Source of the DNA: Candidatus Latescibacterota bacterium
GTDB taxonomy: Bacteria; Latescibacterota; UBA2968; UBA8231
DNA length: 64,000 nt
Assembly (NCBI GenBank): GCA_965261395.1
Contig: OZ253462.1
Coordinates: forward strand, 5,696,001 to 5,760,000
Reading direction: 5' to 3'
A program made the translations under genes and the position numbers. The notes beneath the pieces are model-generated. The model was not told the origin of the DNA and made no database searches. It saw only the letters and a program-made list of their open reading frames with translations. Positions 1 through 9,701 of the stretch are shown piece by piece; positions within the stretch are counted from its first letter, which is position 1, and the number at the start of each line of letters is the position of its first letter.

Positions 1-210
1 TTTAAGGAGCGGCAAGTCTTTCCCGGCAGCGACTATCCGTGGGGATTGCCGGCGTATGGGGGGAACCGCAATGCGCAGTTCCCCTGTCCCAACGCCGTTG
101 CTGCGGTTGAAAGCCACTTTATCATGTCGATTCACGAGAATTTTGCCGCGCGGGAGGTGGCGGATGTTGCGGAGGCGTTTGCGAAAGTAGAGCAGGCGTA
201 TTTGCGGTAG
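1..210 (+). CDS. C-terminal fragment of a probable DegT/DnrJ/EryC1/StrS-family PLP aminotransferase (runs off window start)
   Basis: Frame 1 reads FKERQVFPGSDYPWG...FPCPNAVAAVESHFIMSIHENFAAREVADVAEAFAKVEQAYLR*. The CPNA motif and terminal helix resemble DegT-family C-termini. Not in the ORF track. Confidence 0.55.
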   Translation, partial: FKERQVFPGSDYPWGLPAYGGNRNAQFPCPNAVAAVESHFIMSIHENFAAREVADVAEAFAKVEQAYLR

Positions 211-264
211 TATAGATTACCATTAACTGAAGGGAAAACCGAACCCTCCAGCAAAGCGGGGAAT

Positions 265-1041
265 ATGCGAAAGAGCAAAGTCTTGGACAAAGTTCGCACG
301 GGGCGGTGTGCCCGCATTTGTGGCCTAGGGCATTATCTGCCGTTCTTCGTGCGCTATGCCGCCCACAACGGCTATGACGGCATCTGGCTCGACTTGGAAC
401 ACCGGGCGATGGATCAGCGCGAGGTCCAGGGCCTGTTGGCCTTATGTCATGCCTGCGATATCGATTGCATGTTGCGGGCCGCGACACTTGAGCGCACTCG
501 CCTCTACCGCTATCTCGAGGACGGGGCGACCGGTCTGATGATGCCGCTGGTTGCCGATGCGGCCCTAGCGCGCCAAATCGTCGCCGCGGTGAAGTACCCA
601 CCCTTGGGCAATCGCGGTTTGGACGGGGCGGGTTTGGACGGTGATTTCGGTCTCGACGTATGGCATGAGGGCAGTACCTATATCGACGACGCCAATCGCG
701 AGACCTTCGTCGTCTTGCAGATCGAAACCCCGCAAGCGCTGGCCAATGTCGAAGAGATCGCCGCGGTCGAGGGGGTGGACGGGCTCTTCGTCGGCCCGGC
801 GGACTTGGGGTTGCGGCTCGGTGTGGCCGGGGGGGATGTCGATCTCGATCAAGCCGTCGCCAAAGTAGCGGCGGCGGCGAAAAAACACGGCAAAGCCTGG
901 GGGATACCCGCTGGCACGCCCGAGTTGCTGGCCAAATACCGCGCCCAAGGGGCGCAGATGCTGGCCTATGGCGGCGATTTTGCCCTAGCGCAGGTTTTGG
1001 CCGCTTGTCGCCGGGATTTCGACCAAGCGCTCGGTGAATGA
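265..1041 (+). CDS. HpcH/HpaI aldolase family protein
   Basis: Motifs WLDLEH, KYPPLGNRG, LQIET, GLFVGPADL. Confidence 0.9.
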   Translation: MRKSKVLDKVRTGRCARICGLGHYLPFFVRYAAHNGYDGIWLDLEHRAMDQREVQGLLALCHACDIDCMLRAATLERTRLYRYLEDGATGLMMPLVADAALARQIVAAVKYPPLGNRGLDGAGLDGDFGLDVWHEGSTYIDDANRETFVVLQIETPQALANVEEIAAVEGVDGLFVGPADLGLRLGVAGGDVDLDQAVAKVAAAAKKHGKAWGIPAGTPELLAKYRAQGAQMLAYGGDFALAQVLAACRRDFDQALGE

Positions 1042-2098
1042 GATGACCATGAGATTGCCCTCCGGCCGCATTTGGCCGCATCCAGTATGCGATATGCTGG
1101 GGTTAAACCTGACTCATCCCCGTTTCGTGATCGACGATATTGACCTAGGCAAAAAAGACGCGAGTACTTGTCGCGGTGACTTCCCCAAGTTTGCCGAATG
1201 GGGAGTGGGGGTGGTGATGTGCAAGGGGGGAGCGGCCTACTACGACGACAACTACAAACCGCTGTGGCGCCAGGAGTCGGAATGGCGTCCGGGCCGCGGC
1301 GGCGAGGATATGTTCCTGAGTCTGGCGATCAAGAATCCGACCCAACTGGTACTGGGGGTGCTCGACCGCTTTTTGCTCAACGTCGAAGCCCATCCCGAGC
1401 AGGTGCTGCTGGTGCGGACGGCTCGGGACTTGGATGCTGCGCAGGCGGCGGGCAAGGTCGCGGTATTGATGGGGGCCAATCGCAGCGACTGGTTTGGCGA
1501 CGGCCCCGGCATCCTGCGGATGTTTGCCCGCCTCGGGCTGCGGATGATCACCTTGGGTCAAGCGACCCGCGAGTTGGGTTGGGACGCCTCCAATGAGACC
1601 CGTTCGGGCGGGCGGATGACCGAGTTGGGGGTGCGGATGATTGCGGAGATGAACGCGGCCGGGATCCTTATCGACCTAGCCCATAGCAATGATCCCTGCG
1701 CCCTCGATATCATCGAAGTATCGACAAAGCCGGTGGTCGACTCGCACTCGCATCCGCGGGCATTGGTCGGCGACCTTAGGGCGGCACCCGACGAGGTTAT
1801 GCGGGCGTTGGCCGAGCGCGGAGGCATGTTGGGGATCCCGCCGCCGATCACCCGGCCGCCGGGGGACGCGCCCTATCGGGCGGTCGCGCCAGAACAGTTG
1901 GAGCAGACCTTGGTGCAGGTTCGCTACGCCGTTGAGGTGATGGGTGTAGAAGGCGTAGGGATCGGCACCCACTTCAACAGTGCGGTATTGCCTTGGGTGG
2001 TAGAGGGCTTGCTGGATGCGGGATTCAGCGCGGAGGACGCGAGCAGGATATGCGGCGGGAATTACCTGCGGGTCTTGCGCGAGGTGCTGCCCGCGTAG
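1034..2098 (+). CDS. Membrane dipeptidase (M19)-like amidohydrolase with atypical metal ligands
   Basis: LGLRMITL, GRMTELGVRMIAEMNAAGILIDLAH, PVVDSHS, ICGGNYLRVL. Confidence 0.75.
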   Translation: MNEMTMRLPSGRIWPHPVCDMLGLNLTHPRFVIDDIDLGKKDASTCRGDFPKFAEWGVGVVMCKGGAAYYDDNYKPLWRQESEWRPGRGGEDMFLSLAIKNPTQLVLGVLDRFLLNVEAHPEQVLLVRTARDLDAAQAAGKVAVLMGANRSDWFGDGPGILRMFARLGLRMITLGQATRELGWDASNETRSGGRMTELGVRMIAEMNAAGILIDLAHSNDPCALDIIEVSTKPVVDSHSHPRALVGDLRAAPDEVMRALAERGGMLGIPPPITRPPGDAPYRAVAPEQLEQTLVQVRYAVEVMGVEGVGIGTHFNSAVLPWVVEGLLDAGFSAEDASRICGGNYLRVLREVLPA

Positions 2099-2138
2099 TT
2101 GTGTTAATATTCCATAAGGTGCAAGGAAAAGCAGGTCG

Positions 2139-2954
2139 ATGATGAACGAAGCGGAAAAGTATCTCTTCGAAGTACACGGCTATCTGGCGATCGAGGGTGC
2201 GCTCTCGCCGCAGGAAGTGGCGGCGGCCAATGCGGCGATTGACCACTACGCCGATCAAATCGGCATCCGCGCCAATGACTTGGCCCACGAATCGGAGACG
2301 CTCAAGGGCGCGCAGGGACGCGGCGATTTGGGCGGGGTGCTGACGTGGGACAAACCGCACTGCGATCCGTTCCGGGCGATGATCGCCCACGCGAAGTTCA
2401 AGCCTTATCTGGAAGAATTGCTGGGACCGGGTTTTCGCCTAGAGGGCTTGGGGATCATCACCATGGACGAAGGGGCCGAAGGTTTCTGGTTCCACGAGGG
2501 CGGCGAGCCACTCGACCGCTCGCGGGGTTTCCTCTACCGCAATGGCCGGATGTTTTGCGGGATGACCAACATCGCCGTACAGTTGGCGGATGTGGGGCCG
2601 GAAGATGGGGGTTTCGCCTGTCTGCCCGGTAGCCATAAGGCCAATTATCCCTGCCCGGACGAGATCCGGCTGTACGAGGCGCACCAAGATCGCATCGTGC
2701 AGATCCCGGCCAAAGCTGGCGACGCGATACTGTTCGTCGAGACGCTGATGCACGGGGCCCTGCCGTGGACGGCCAAACACCAGCGGCGCTCGGTGATTTT
2801 GCGCTACAACCACGGCGTCCAAGCCGAATCGCTGATGGGGACCTATACACCGCCGGATTTCTACGCCGAGTTGACAAAGGCGCAGCAGGCGGTGATTACG
2901 CCGCCGCAGTACCGGAGAGAAGACAAGGGGTCGCGGCTTTACAAGCAGAGATAA
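2139..2954 (+). CDS. Phytanoyl-CoA dioxygenase (PhyH)-family Fe(II)/2OG enzyme, HxG variant
   Basis: EKYLFEVHGYL, DGGFACLPGSHKAN, AGDAILFVETLMHG, RRSVILRY. Confidence 0.85.
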   Translation: MMNEAEKYLFEVHGYLAIEGALSPQEVAAANAAIDHYADQIGIRANDLAHESETLKGAQGRGDLGGVLTWDKPHCDPFRAMIAHAKFKPYLEELLGPGFRLEGLGIITMDEGAEGFWFHEGGEPLDRSRGFLYRNGRMFCGMTNIAVQLADVGPEDGGFACLPGSHKANYPCPDEIRLYEAHQDRIVQIPAKAGDAILFVETLMHGALPWTAKHQRRSVILRYNHGVQAESLMGTYTPPDFYAELTKAQQAVITPPQYRREDKGSRLYKQR

Positions 2955-2996
2955 GAAGGTCGAGTTGCAAAGCCATCAACCTAAGGAGGTTAGACG

Positions 2997-4274
2997 ATGC
3001 AATGCTGGATTTTCGTTTTCAATCCGCTCGAACGCTACATAGCCAACTACAAGCATATCTTCGACGCTTGGGAAGCGGGCGGAGTGCGCGGCATTGTGGT
3101 AGGGCGCATGTTTTTTACGGAGGACGACGGCAGCCGAATTCCCGCCTTTCCCCAAGATCCTAAAGCCTACGCCGACTTGGGGCTGGAAGCGCCCGAGGAG
3201 CAGCCCCGCAATCTGGAAAAGGAGCGGGGACTAAGCGCTATGCTGGATGACGCCGCCGGGCGCGGCTGGCATATCATGGTATTCGACAGCGGCACTACCG
3301 CCCACGTGCAGAGCTTGATAAACCGCTATCCCCAGGTCAACGGAGTGATCATCGACGGACCCGGCGAGAACCACTACGAACTGGCTTGGCACCACGGCGG
3401 TGAACTTTTTGAATTGCGCGATGGCGAGCGCCGTGAGTTCGCCAACTTGGGCTTTGACATCGACCGGCTGGAGCGCGGCATTGCCCATCTGCACCAGCGT
3501 TTCCACAACCTCACCCCGGATCTCGTGCGCTATTGGGCCCCGGGTGGTACTCTGGCTGGTCTGAATCTCTTTGATATCAACGAAGACGCCCTGTACTGGC
3601 TGCGGGCGCGGGGAGAAAAGTCGCGGCGTTCCTGGGAGCAGGCCCGCGCCAACTTGGACAGGGTGAACCGCTACGTCGAACTGGGCGGCATTCCGCGCAT
3701 CACTACTTTTTCTTCGCTGACCGGCCAGGATTACCAGCAGATGCCGCCGTACTTCGACTATATTTTTCCCAAGCACTACTACTGGCATCGCGGCTTCGAC
3801 GGGATGTACGGCACTATTGCCCGCTGGGTGCAAAAGTTCGCCGAGTGGAACCCCTCCCTGACTGAGGCCGACTGCTTCCTGCTGGTCGAATCGCTGTTCG
3901 GCCTGCGTCTGCCCAATGTCGAGTCGCTGCTGGACATGGAGATGGGTTTTCCCGATGAGTTTTTCACCGAAGTCGTGTACCGCGAAACGCGGCGGGCGCT
4001 AGAGGCCATCAAAGACGTCGATAAAACCATCTTCTGGGTGTCCACCGGCCGCTCCCCGCACGCCGGAGACGCCATGCCGGCCCGCGACTTAGCCGGTATT
4101 CTCAAAGCCTCGGAGGCCGCCGGTGCCCAGCGCTTTCTCTTCCATCCAGACCCGGATCCCAGTCCGGCCGAGTGGAGCGTGATCAGCGGCCTGTGCGGCG
4201 CGCAATGGCGTCAATCACGGGACGGATACTGGCCGCCCAATGCGGCCAAACCAGACGAATACCTGCGCGATTGA
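2997..4274 (+). CDS. Conserved hypothetical protein (425 aa, soluble)
   Basis: Long ORF with perfect SD TAAGGAGGT and plausible globular composition; no family recognised. Confidence 0.75.
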   Translation: MQCWIFVFNPLERYIANYKHIFDAWEAGGVRGIVVGRMFFTEDDGSRIPAFPQDPKAYADLGLEAPEEQPRNLEKERGLSAMLDDAAGRGWHIMVFDSGTTAHVQSLINRYPQVNGVIIDGPGENHYELAWHHGGELFELRDGERREFANLGFDIDRLERGIAHLHQRFHNLTPDLVRYWAPGGTLAGLNLFDINEDALYWLRARGEKSRRSWEQARANLDRVNRYVELGGIPRITTFSSLTGQDYQQMPPYFDYIFPKHYYWHRGFDGMYGTIARWVQKFAEWNPSLTEADCFLLVESLFGLRLPNVESLLDMEMGFPDEFFTEVVYRETRRALEAIKDVDKTIFWVSTGRSPHAGDAMPARDLAGILKASEAAGAQRFLFHPDPDPSPAEWSVISGLCGAQWRQSRDGYWPPNAAKPDEYLRD

Positions 4275-4363
4275 TAGGCTGCAAAGGATTTGAGGAGCTG
4301 GCGCGTATGCGCTGGAAAGACGTTTCGTTGGAGACACTAGCATACAAAAAGGCATAACTCTTT

Positions 4364-6649
4364 TTGCGACGTGTCTTTCCCTTGTATGCCTTATCGGGCT
4401 TCATCAGCCTCGGCTACCAAGTCGCGTGGTTCCGCATTTTCGTCGATTGGTTTGGCTCTACTAACCTCACCTTCGCGCTAGTGGTGTGCAGCTTCATCGG
4501 GGGCTTGGGCTGCGGTGCGCTTTTGAGCCAACGAATCACCCGACTGCTGACCGACCGAACCGGCATTGGGGACAAGCTGCGTTTGTACGGGCTGATAGAG
4601 TTTCTGGTCGGGGTATCGGCCCTTGTGACCGTAGTAGCCGAATATCTACCGCCGGACCTCTGGGGTTCCTTCCCCTATTATCTGGACGACGGAATCTGGC
4701 TGCAGACGATCCGCTACCAGATTGCCCAAGGAGCCATCGCCACGGTCAGCCTCTTCATTCCTTGTCTGTTCATGGGGGTGACCTTCCCCTTGCTATGCGA
4801 CATCTTCCGCTCAATATCGAGGAACGGGCGTCTCCCCTCCGTCCTGTACGCGTGGAATACTATTGGGGCGTGTGCTGGCGTACTCGCTTGTCAGTTCATC
4901 TTGATACCGGCGATCGGGCACGAGCCAACCTTCTGGCTGATCGCCGGTTTGAACATACTGCTAGGATTATACTTCCTAGCCAGCGGTGGTGCGCCCGCTG
5001 GCGACGAAGCGGCGGACACTGCCAGCACAACATTCCCAAGTGCTGGAGTCCCATCTAGGTCGGGAAGTGCCCTCATTGCTTGTGCCGTGTTGAGCGGCTT
5101 ACTCGCCGGAGCGCTCGAAGGCGATATGTTCAAGCGGATCGACTTCATTGTCGTGCTGAGCCCTGGGGCGATCATGTCGTTTATCTCCTTCTGGGCAGTG
5201 CTGGGCATTTTCTTGGCCAGTATTATCGCGCGGCACATCAAGGGCATCGGGCTGGCTCATATCAAGGGCGCGTACATTCTGGCCGCGCTCTGCTACTTCG
5301 CGCTCTGGCAATTCAGCGACGAGCTGACCTACTTGGTGGGTAACCCGCCGGATGTGCGCGGCGTACACCACTTCCCAGTGAGTCTCTTTCAGCTCTTCAT
5401 TTATACTGGCATCTATGTACTGCCTTCTTACTTGCTGATCTCCCTGCTCCTACCCTACGTCTGCAACCGACTGCAGGGCATGGGGAAACACCTGGGGCTG
5501 GCCTACGGTCTGAATACGGTGGGGTTCTGTCTCGGCCTGATCGCCTTCACGCTGGTGGCACCCCGCCTGAACATCTTTTACTCGTTAAAGCTCTTCCTGA
5601 TCTTCATGGCGCTCGCCGCGCTCGCCCTAGCGTGCATCTCGGAATTCCGCCCCATCAAGGCATGGCAGATCGTTGTCTTGGTGGCCTTTGTCGCCATCGC
5701 CTGTATAGCTACGCCAAGAAGATTCGATCGAGATTTTTTTACGCCTCTGATGTGGCCCAATGCTGTTGCGGCCCAAGGCCTGAGGAGCAACGCCGCCCAT
5801 ACTACGTATTTTCTCGAGCTTCCGAACAACAACATGAAGCTCTTCTTCGGCCGGCTGTCGATGTCGGGTACAGCGCCGCGATCCCAGCAGTATATGCGTC
5901 TGATGGCGCACTTTCCCTTGCTCGCCCATCCGCATCCAGAGAAAGCTCTGCTGATCTGTTTTGGCGTTGGCAACACCGCCTCGGCCATCGCCGCCCACGA
6001 GAGCATCACACGGATCGATGCCGTTGATCTCAACGAGAACGTATTCAAGACGGTGCCAGCCTTTGCCGAGCACCACGCCTTCGTACATTTGGATCCACGG
6101 CTGCGGATGATCAACGACGACGGGCGCAACTTCCTCGCGCTGAGCGACGAGACGTACGACCTGATTACCAGCGAACCGCCGCCGCCCATGGCCGGGGGAG
6201 TGTACCGCCTGTATTCGCGGGAGTACTACGAGCAGGTTCTTGCGCATCTGAGCCCCGATGGATTTATGAGCCAATGGCTTCCCATAGGCCAGTTGCCCAA
6301 CGACGCGATCGAACTGGTGGCCAGAACCTTCGTCGCGGTATTTCCCTACAGTCTGTTGTTCGAGGGAGCAGGCCACCACCTGATCTTGCTAGGCAGCCGC
6401 TCACCCGTCCGTTTCGAGCGACTGTCCGAACGCTTCTACCAATCCGACAGGGTTAGAACCGATCTCTTGCGGATCGGTCTCTCAACGCCCGCCGCGTTGG
6501 TTGACCGCGTGATCCGCAACGACGCCGAGCTGCGCAGCCGCCTTGGACCGGGGCGCGTGCTCAGCGATCAGCACAATGATTTGGAGCATTTGTTTTACGA
6601 TCCAGAGGAAGTCCAAAGGACCTCGGACGAATATCTGCGCGGTCGATAG
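4364..6649 (+). CDS. Multi-TM protein fused to a spermidine-synthase-like (SAM-fold) C-terminal domain
   Basis: About 12 hydrophobic segments with SGFISLGYQVAW, MGVTFPL, LYAWNTIGA; C-terminal ALLICFGVGNT, DDGRNFL, YDLITSEPPPP, LYSREYY. Confidence 0.85.
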   Translation: MRRVFPLYALSGFISLGYQVAWFRIFVDWFGSTNLTFALVVCSFIGGLGCGALLSQRITRLLTDRTGIGDKLRLYGLIEFLVGVSALVTVVAEYLPPDLWGSFPYYLDDGIWLQTIRYQIAQGAIATVSLFIPCLFMGVTFPLLCDIFRSISRNGRLPSVLYAWNTIGACAGVLACQFILIPAIGHEPTFWLIAGLNILLGLYFLASGGAPAGDEAADTASTTFPSAGVPSRSGSALIACAVLSGLLAGALEGDMFKRIDFIVVLSPGAIMSFISFWAVLGIFLASIIARHIKGIGLAHIKGAYILAALCYFALWQFSDELTYLVGNPPDVRGVHHFPVSLFQLFIYTGIYVLPSYLLISLLLPYVCNRLQGMGKHLGLAYGLNTVGFCLGLIAFTLVAPRLNIFYSLKLFLIFMALAALALACISEFRPIKAWQIVVLVAFVAIACIATPRRFDRDFFTPLMWPNAVAAQGLRSNAAHTTYFLELPNNNMKLFFGRLSMSGTAPRSQQYMRLMAHFPLLAHPHPEKALLICFGVGNTASAIAAHESITRIDAVDLNENVFKTVPAFAEHHAFVHLDPRLRMINDDGRNFLALSDETYDLITSEPPPPMAGGVYRLYSREYYEQVLAHLSPDGFMSQWLPIGQLPNDAIELVARTFVAVFPYSLLFEGAGHHLILLGSRSPVRFERLSERFYQSDRVRTDLLRIGLSTPAALVDRVIRNDAELRSRLGPGRVLSDQHNDLEHLFYDPEEVQRTSDEYLRGR

Positions 6650-6681
6650 GACCCAAGGGGCTTTGGGGGGCTGGCGAGCAG

Positions 6682-8670
6682 TTAGATTTGCGTGAGAAAG
6701 CTCCCTATGTGTCCGGTTATATAATCCAGCACCAGCCATCCGCCCGCCGCCACGATTTCGCCCAGAATCAGGCCGAGAAAAAACGGCCGTAAATCCCGGT
6801 ACAGCTTGGGACCGCCGTAGCGCAGAATCAACAGTTTGAGCAGCCACGCGAGAAAGGCGCTGCCAAAGATATGTCCCGTCTTCCAGTTGGCGCTGATGGT
6901 ATAGCCGAGGGGATTGAGCGGCCACCAGACGAACTGGTGCCGCGCCCACATCAGCAGGGCCATCACCCCCCCACCAATGCCCATGAACAGCCAAGCGTCC
7001 AGTCTTGGGCCGGGCAGCTCTGCGGCGATGCGCGGAGCCATATCCCGAGGGCCGAAGGTGGGGGCCTGCCCCACGAAAAAGAGCGGATTGAGATTGATGC
7101 CCCCGTATTTGTAGGCCAGCACTAAGGTCATATACGACGAGCCGGCTAGACTGACCACAATGGCAATGACTACGGCCCAGAATAGCCGGCGCTTGGAACC
7201 GGTGATGATCTCACCCATCTTCAGCCCGTTGGCTACAGACGACATGACAAAGGAGCGCACTTCGGAATGCCAGCCATAGGAAAAGCCCAGGGCTACTAGC
7301 CCCGAAGCACCCAAAGCCGAGGCCCCGGCCCCCGAAATGACAAAGCTCGAAGTCATGATAGGGGGCCGCATGGCCGGGATGCCCCCTTCGGCCACTACCC
7401 GAGTTAGCCCTATAAATAGCATCATGGCACCAAAGATGAATAACAGCGCCGTGGGAAGAGTTAGTCCCATCATACATAGGCAGACTACCACTAGGGCAAG
7501 CGCCGCTAACAGGCCGAAAAGGGCCTGCCGGTAGGATAGCATCTCGCCGCTGTCGTCTACTTCTTCGTCGCCATGGAAGGCTTTGCGGTATACATCTTGT
7601 AAATGGTCGCGTCCCACCCACAACCCCACCAGCACAAAGACTATCATAGAGCCCATACCCTGATGGGCCAGGAAAGGTTCGATAGAGTAGAAATCGATCC
7701 GCTGCGTGCTCTGCAAGCCGACGATATTGAAGATGCCCCGCTGGATGGTGGTGAGGATGTAGAATATCCAGATCGAAGCCGTGATATCGAGGTTGACGAA
7801 ATAGAAAAAACCTGTCCAGGGCGGACTAAACCAGAAATTCAGGCTGACTGTATCGCGGAACAAGGGCAATGCGAAGGTTTTGGTGATCTGGGGAAAGCTC
7901 GGAAAGTAGGAGTGCAGGCCGTTGACACTGAGCAGAATGAATGATACGGCAAAGCCGACCCACATGGCTTTGTTGGTGAAAAACGACCGGCCGATTGCTC
8001 CTTCTTTTTCTCGGCCGATCATCTCCATAGGCACTTGGACCAGTGGATAAACCAGCTTTTCCCGGTCCATCCACTGGCGACGTAGAATGACCATGGTGCA
8101 GATCATGGCGAAGCTGAGCACCAAAAAAAACCCGTACCAGAAACTCAGCGGTACGACCCAGATGTCCCAGGGGATAGCCTGGCCTTCGGGCAGACCCTCA
8201 AAGAAAAAACGCGCCGCGTTTTCGCCCCGAGGAATCATCCAGCTGGGGATGTACTGGTTGTAGAGAAAATCCCAGTTGTTCTCGGGCGTGGCATAGTAGG
8301 TGGAGCCGAGTAAACAGGGTATGATGAACTGGGTGAAACCCATGCCGGGAACACAGCAGGCCACCGCCAGCATGATGTAGATGGTTACCAACTCGGCTTG
8401 GTTCAAGGCCAGGGGCCGGCGGAGACAGGCGATCAAGGCACTGGCAAGCACGACAAAAAAGAAAAAGAACAGAGCCGCCGGGGTGCTGAAGTTCAGGGTT
8501 AGATACGAACCTCGGATGAGGGTCGTAGCATAGGCGTCGAGGAGATTTAGCAGAAAGGCCAGTACCGCCCCCAGCAAGATGGCCCGGGACGAGACACCTT
8601 CAAAGTCCCCGTAGGTCGGCTGGCTTCTTTTTAGCCATGTGAGGTGTTGAGGCGGAATTCTCTTTTTCAA
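6682..8670 (-). CDS. DUF6785/DUF6784-type polytopic membrane protein (putative transporter), paralog 1
   Basis: YYATPENNW, ILRRQWMDREKLVYPLVQVP, RVVAEGG, WWPLNPLGY, LRYGGPKLY...PFFLGLILGE. Confidence 0.75.
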   Translation of the reverse strand: MKKRIPPQHLTWLKRSQPTYGDFEGVSSRAILLGAVLAFLLNLLDAYATTLIRGSYLTLNFSTPAALFFFFFVVLASALIACLRRPLALNQAELVTIYIMLAVACCVPGMGFTQFIIPCLLGSTYYATPENNWDFLYNQYIPSWMIPRGENAARFFFEGLPEGQAIPWDIWVVPLSFWYGFFLVLSFAMICTMVILRRQWMDREKLVYPLVQVPMEMIGREKEGAIGRSFFTNKAMWVGFAVSFILLSVNGLHSYFPSFPQITKTFALPLFRDTVSLNFWFSPPWTGFFYFVNLDITASIWIFYILTTIQRGIFNIVGLQSTQRIDFYSIEPFLAHQGMGSMIVFVLVGLWVGRDHLQDVYRKAFHGDEEVDDSGEMLSYRQALFGLLAALALVVVCLCMMGLTLPTALLFIFGAMMLFIGLTRVVAEGGIPAMRPPIMTSSFVISGAGASALGASGLVALGFSYGWHSEVRSFVMSSVANGLKMGEIITGSKRRLFWAVVIAIVVSLAGSSYMTLVLAYKYGGINLNPLFFVGQAPTFGPRDMAPRIAAELPGPRLDAWLFMGIGGGVMALLMWARHQFVWWPLNPLGYTISANWKTGHIFGSAFLAWLLKLLILRYGGPKLYRDLRPFFLGLILGEIVAAGGWLVLDYITGHIGSFLTQI

Positions 8671-8744
8671 TACTTGTCTCTATGGGCTATCATATGTCGT
8701 ATTTTAACTAATGGATAAGCCGTTTGAGTGACAAAGAGAGGCGT

Positions 8745-9539
8745 TTATTTTTTCATCACTAGGCGTGCTCCAATAGCACAGTAGCGGAGCGATTGATCAA
8801 AGCTGAAGCGTTTGGCCGACCGCACATTGCGGGCATGATTGACAAAGCCGCCTCCGCGCATAACGCGGGTAGAGCCTGAAGCAGCTCCTGTAGGATCTAT
8901 CTGTTTGGCGTTTGCATAGGCGTTGTTGTACCAGTCTTGTACCCACTCCCATACATTGCCGTGCATATCGTACAGACCCCACGGATTCGGCTGCTTTGAA
9001 CCCACCGGCTGGGCAAATTTTCCCCTCGCTTCACCCACGTTCCCTAGGTACCACGCATAGTCGCCCAACTGGCTTTCGTCGTCCCCGAAGGAACGGCTCG
9101 TCGTGGTCCCTGCCCGGCAGGCGTATTCCCACTCGGCTTCGGTGGGCAGGCGGTACAAATCCCTGTCGGCGGCTTCGTTTAAGCGGCGGAGGAATTCCTG
9201 CATATCGACCCACGAGATATAGACTGCCGGGTGATTTGGCTCGGCCTGGACGTACTTGCGTCGGGTCCACGGCGCTGTCCCCATCACCGCGACCCATTGG
9301 GCTTGGGTAATCTCAAATTTACCCAGATAGAATCCTTTGCTTATCGAGACCTCGTGCTGCGGACCTTCGTCTTCGCCCCGTGTGGGAGATGAAGCTGGCG
9401 ATCCCATCAGAAAAGTACCTGGTTCAATCCACACAAATTCCATCGCGACTCCGTCGCGAAGTTCCACAACAATGTTCTCGGATCGCCCTATCGCCGCGCA
9501 CGTGATGCCCATCATTAGGGCGGCAAAAATCTGCTTCAT
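8745..9539 (-). CDS. Secreted FGE-sulfatase/SUMF1-domain protein (non-catalytic type)
   Basis: Signal peptide; GTFLMGS, EGPQHEV, RLPTEAEWEYACRAG, PNPWGLYDMHGNVWEW, RGG; lacks the FGE catalytic Cys pair. Confidence 0.9.
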   Translation of the reverse strand: MKQIFAALMMGITCAAIGRSENIVVELRDGVAMEFVWIEPGTFLMGSPASSPTRGEDEGPQHEVSISKGFYLGKFEITQAQWVAVMGTAPWTRRKYVQAEPNHPAVYISWVDMQEFLRRLNEAADRDLYRLPTEAEWEYACRAGTTTSRSFGDDESQLGDYAWYLGNVGEARGKFAQPVGSKQPNPWGLYDMHGNVWEWVQDWYNNAYANAKQIDPTGAASGSTRVMRGGGFVNHARNVRSAKRFSFDQSLRYCAIGARLVMKK

Positions 9540-9629
9540 TCCGCACCTCTGGATTCATAAATGCGAGAGCATAGGACTTTTTAGCAAAAAAGCCGCAAAA
9601 CCACCACCGCGTCCTATGATCCCCCGTCC

Positions 9630-9658
9630 TTGCCGCAGCAAAGGGTAATCTCTATAAT
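9630..9658 (+). promoter_or_regulatory. Sigma70-type promoter
   Basis: TTGCCG-N17-TATAAT upstream of the ATG at 9702. Confidence 0.6.
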
Positions 9659-9701
9659 TGCGACCATTATCTGCTTAGTTTACCTCTACAGCGATGAGTA
9701 T

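Noticed and set aside
8745-9539. Active formylglycine-generating enzyme or DGR target
   Set aside because: Catalytic Cys pair absent; no reverse transcriptase or template repeat seen in the window
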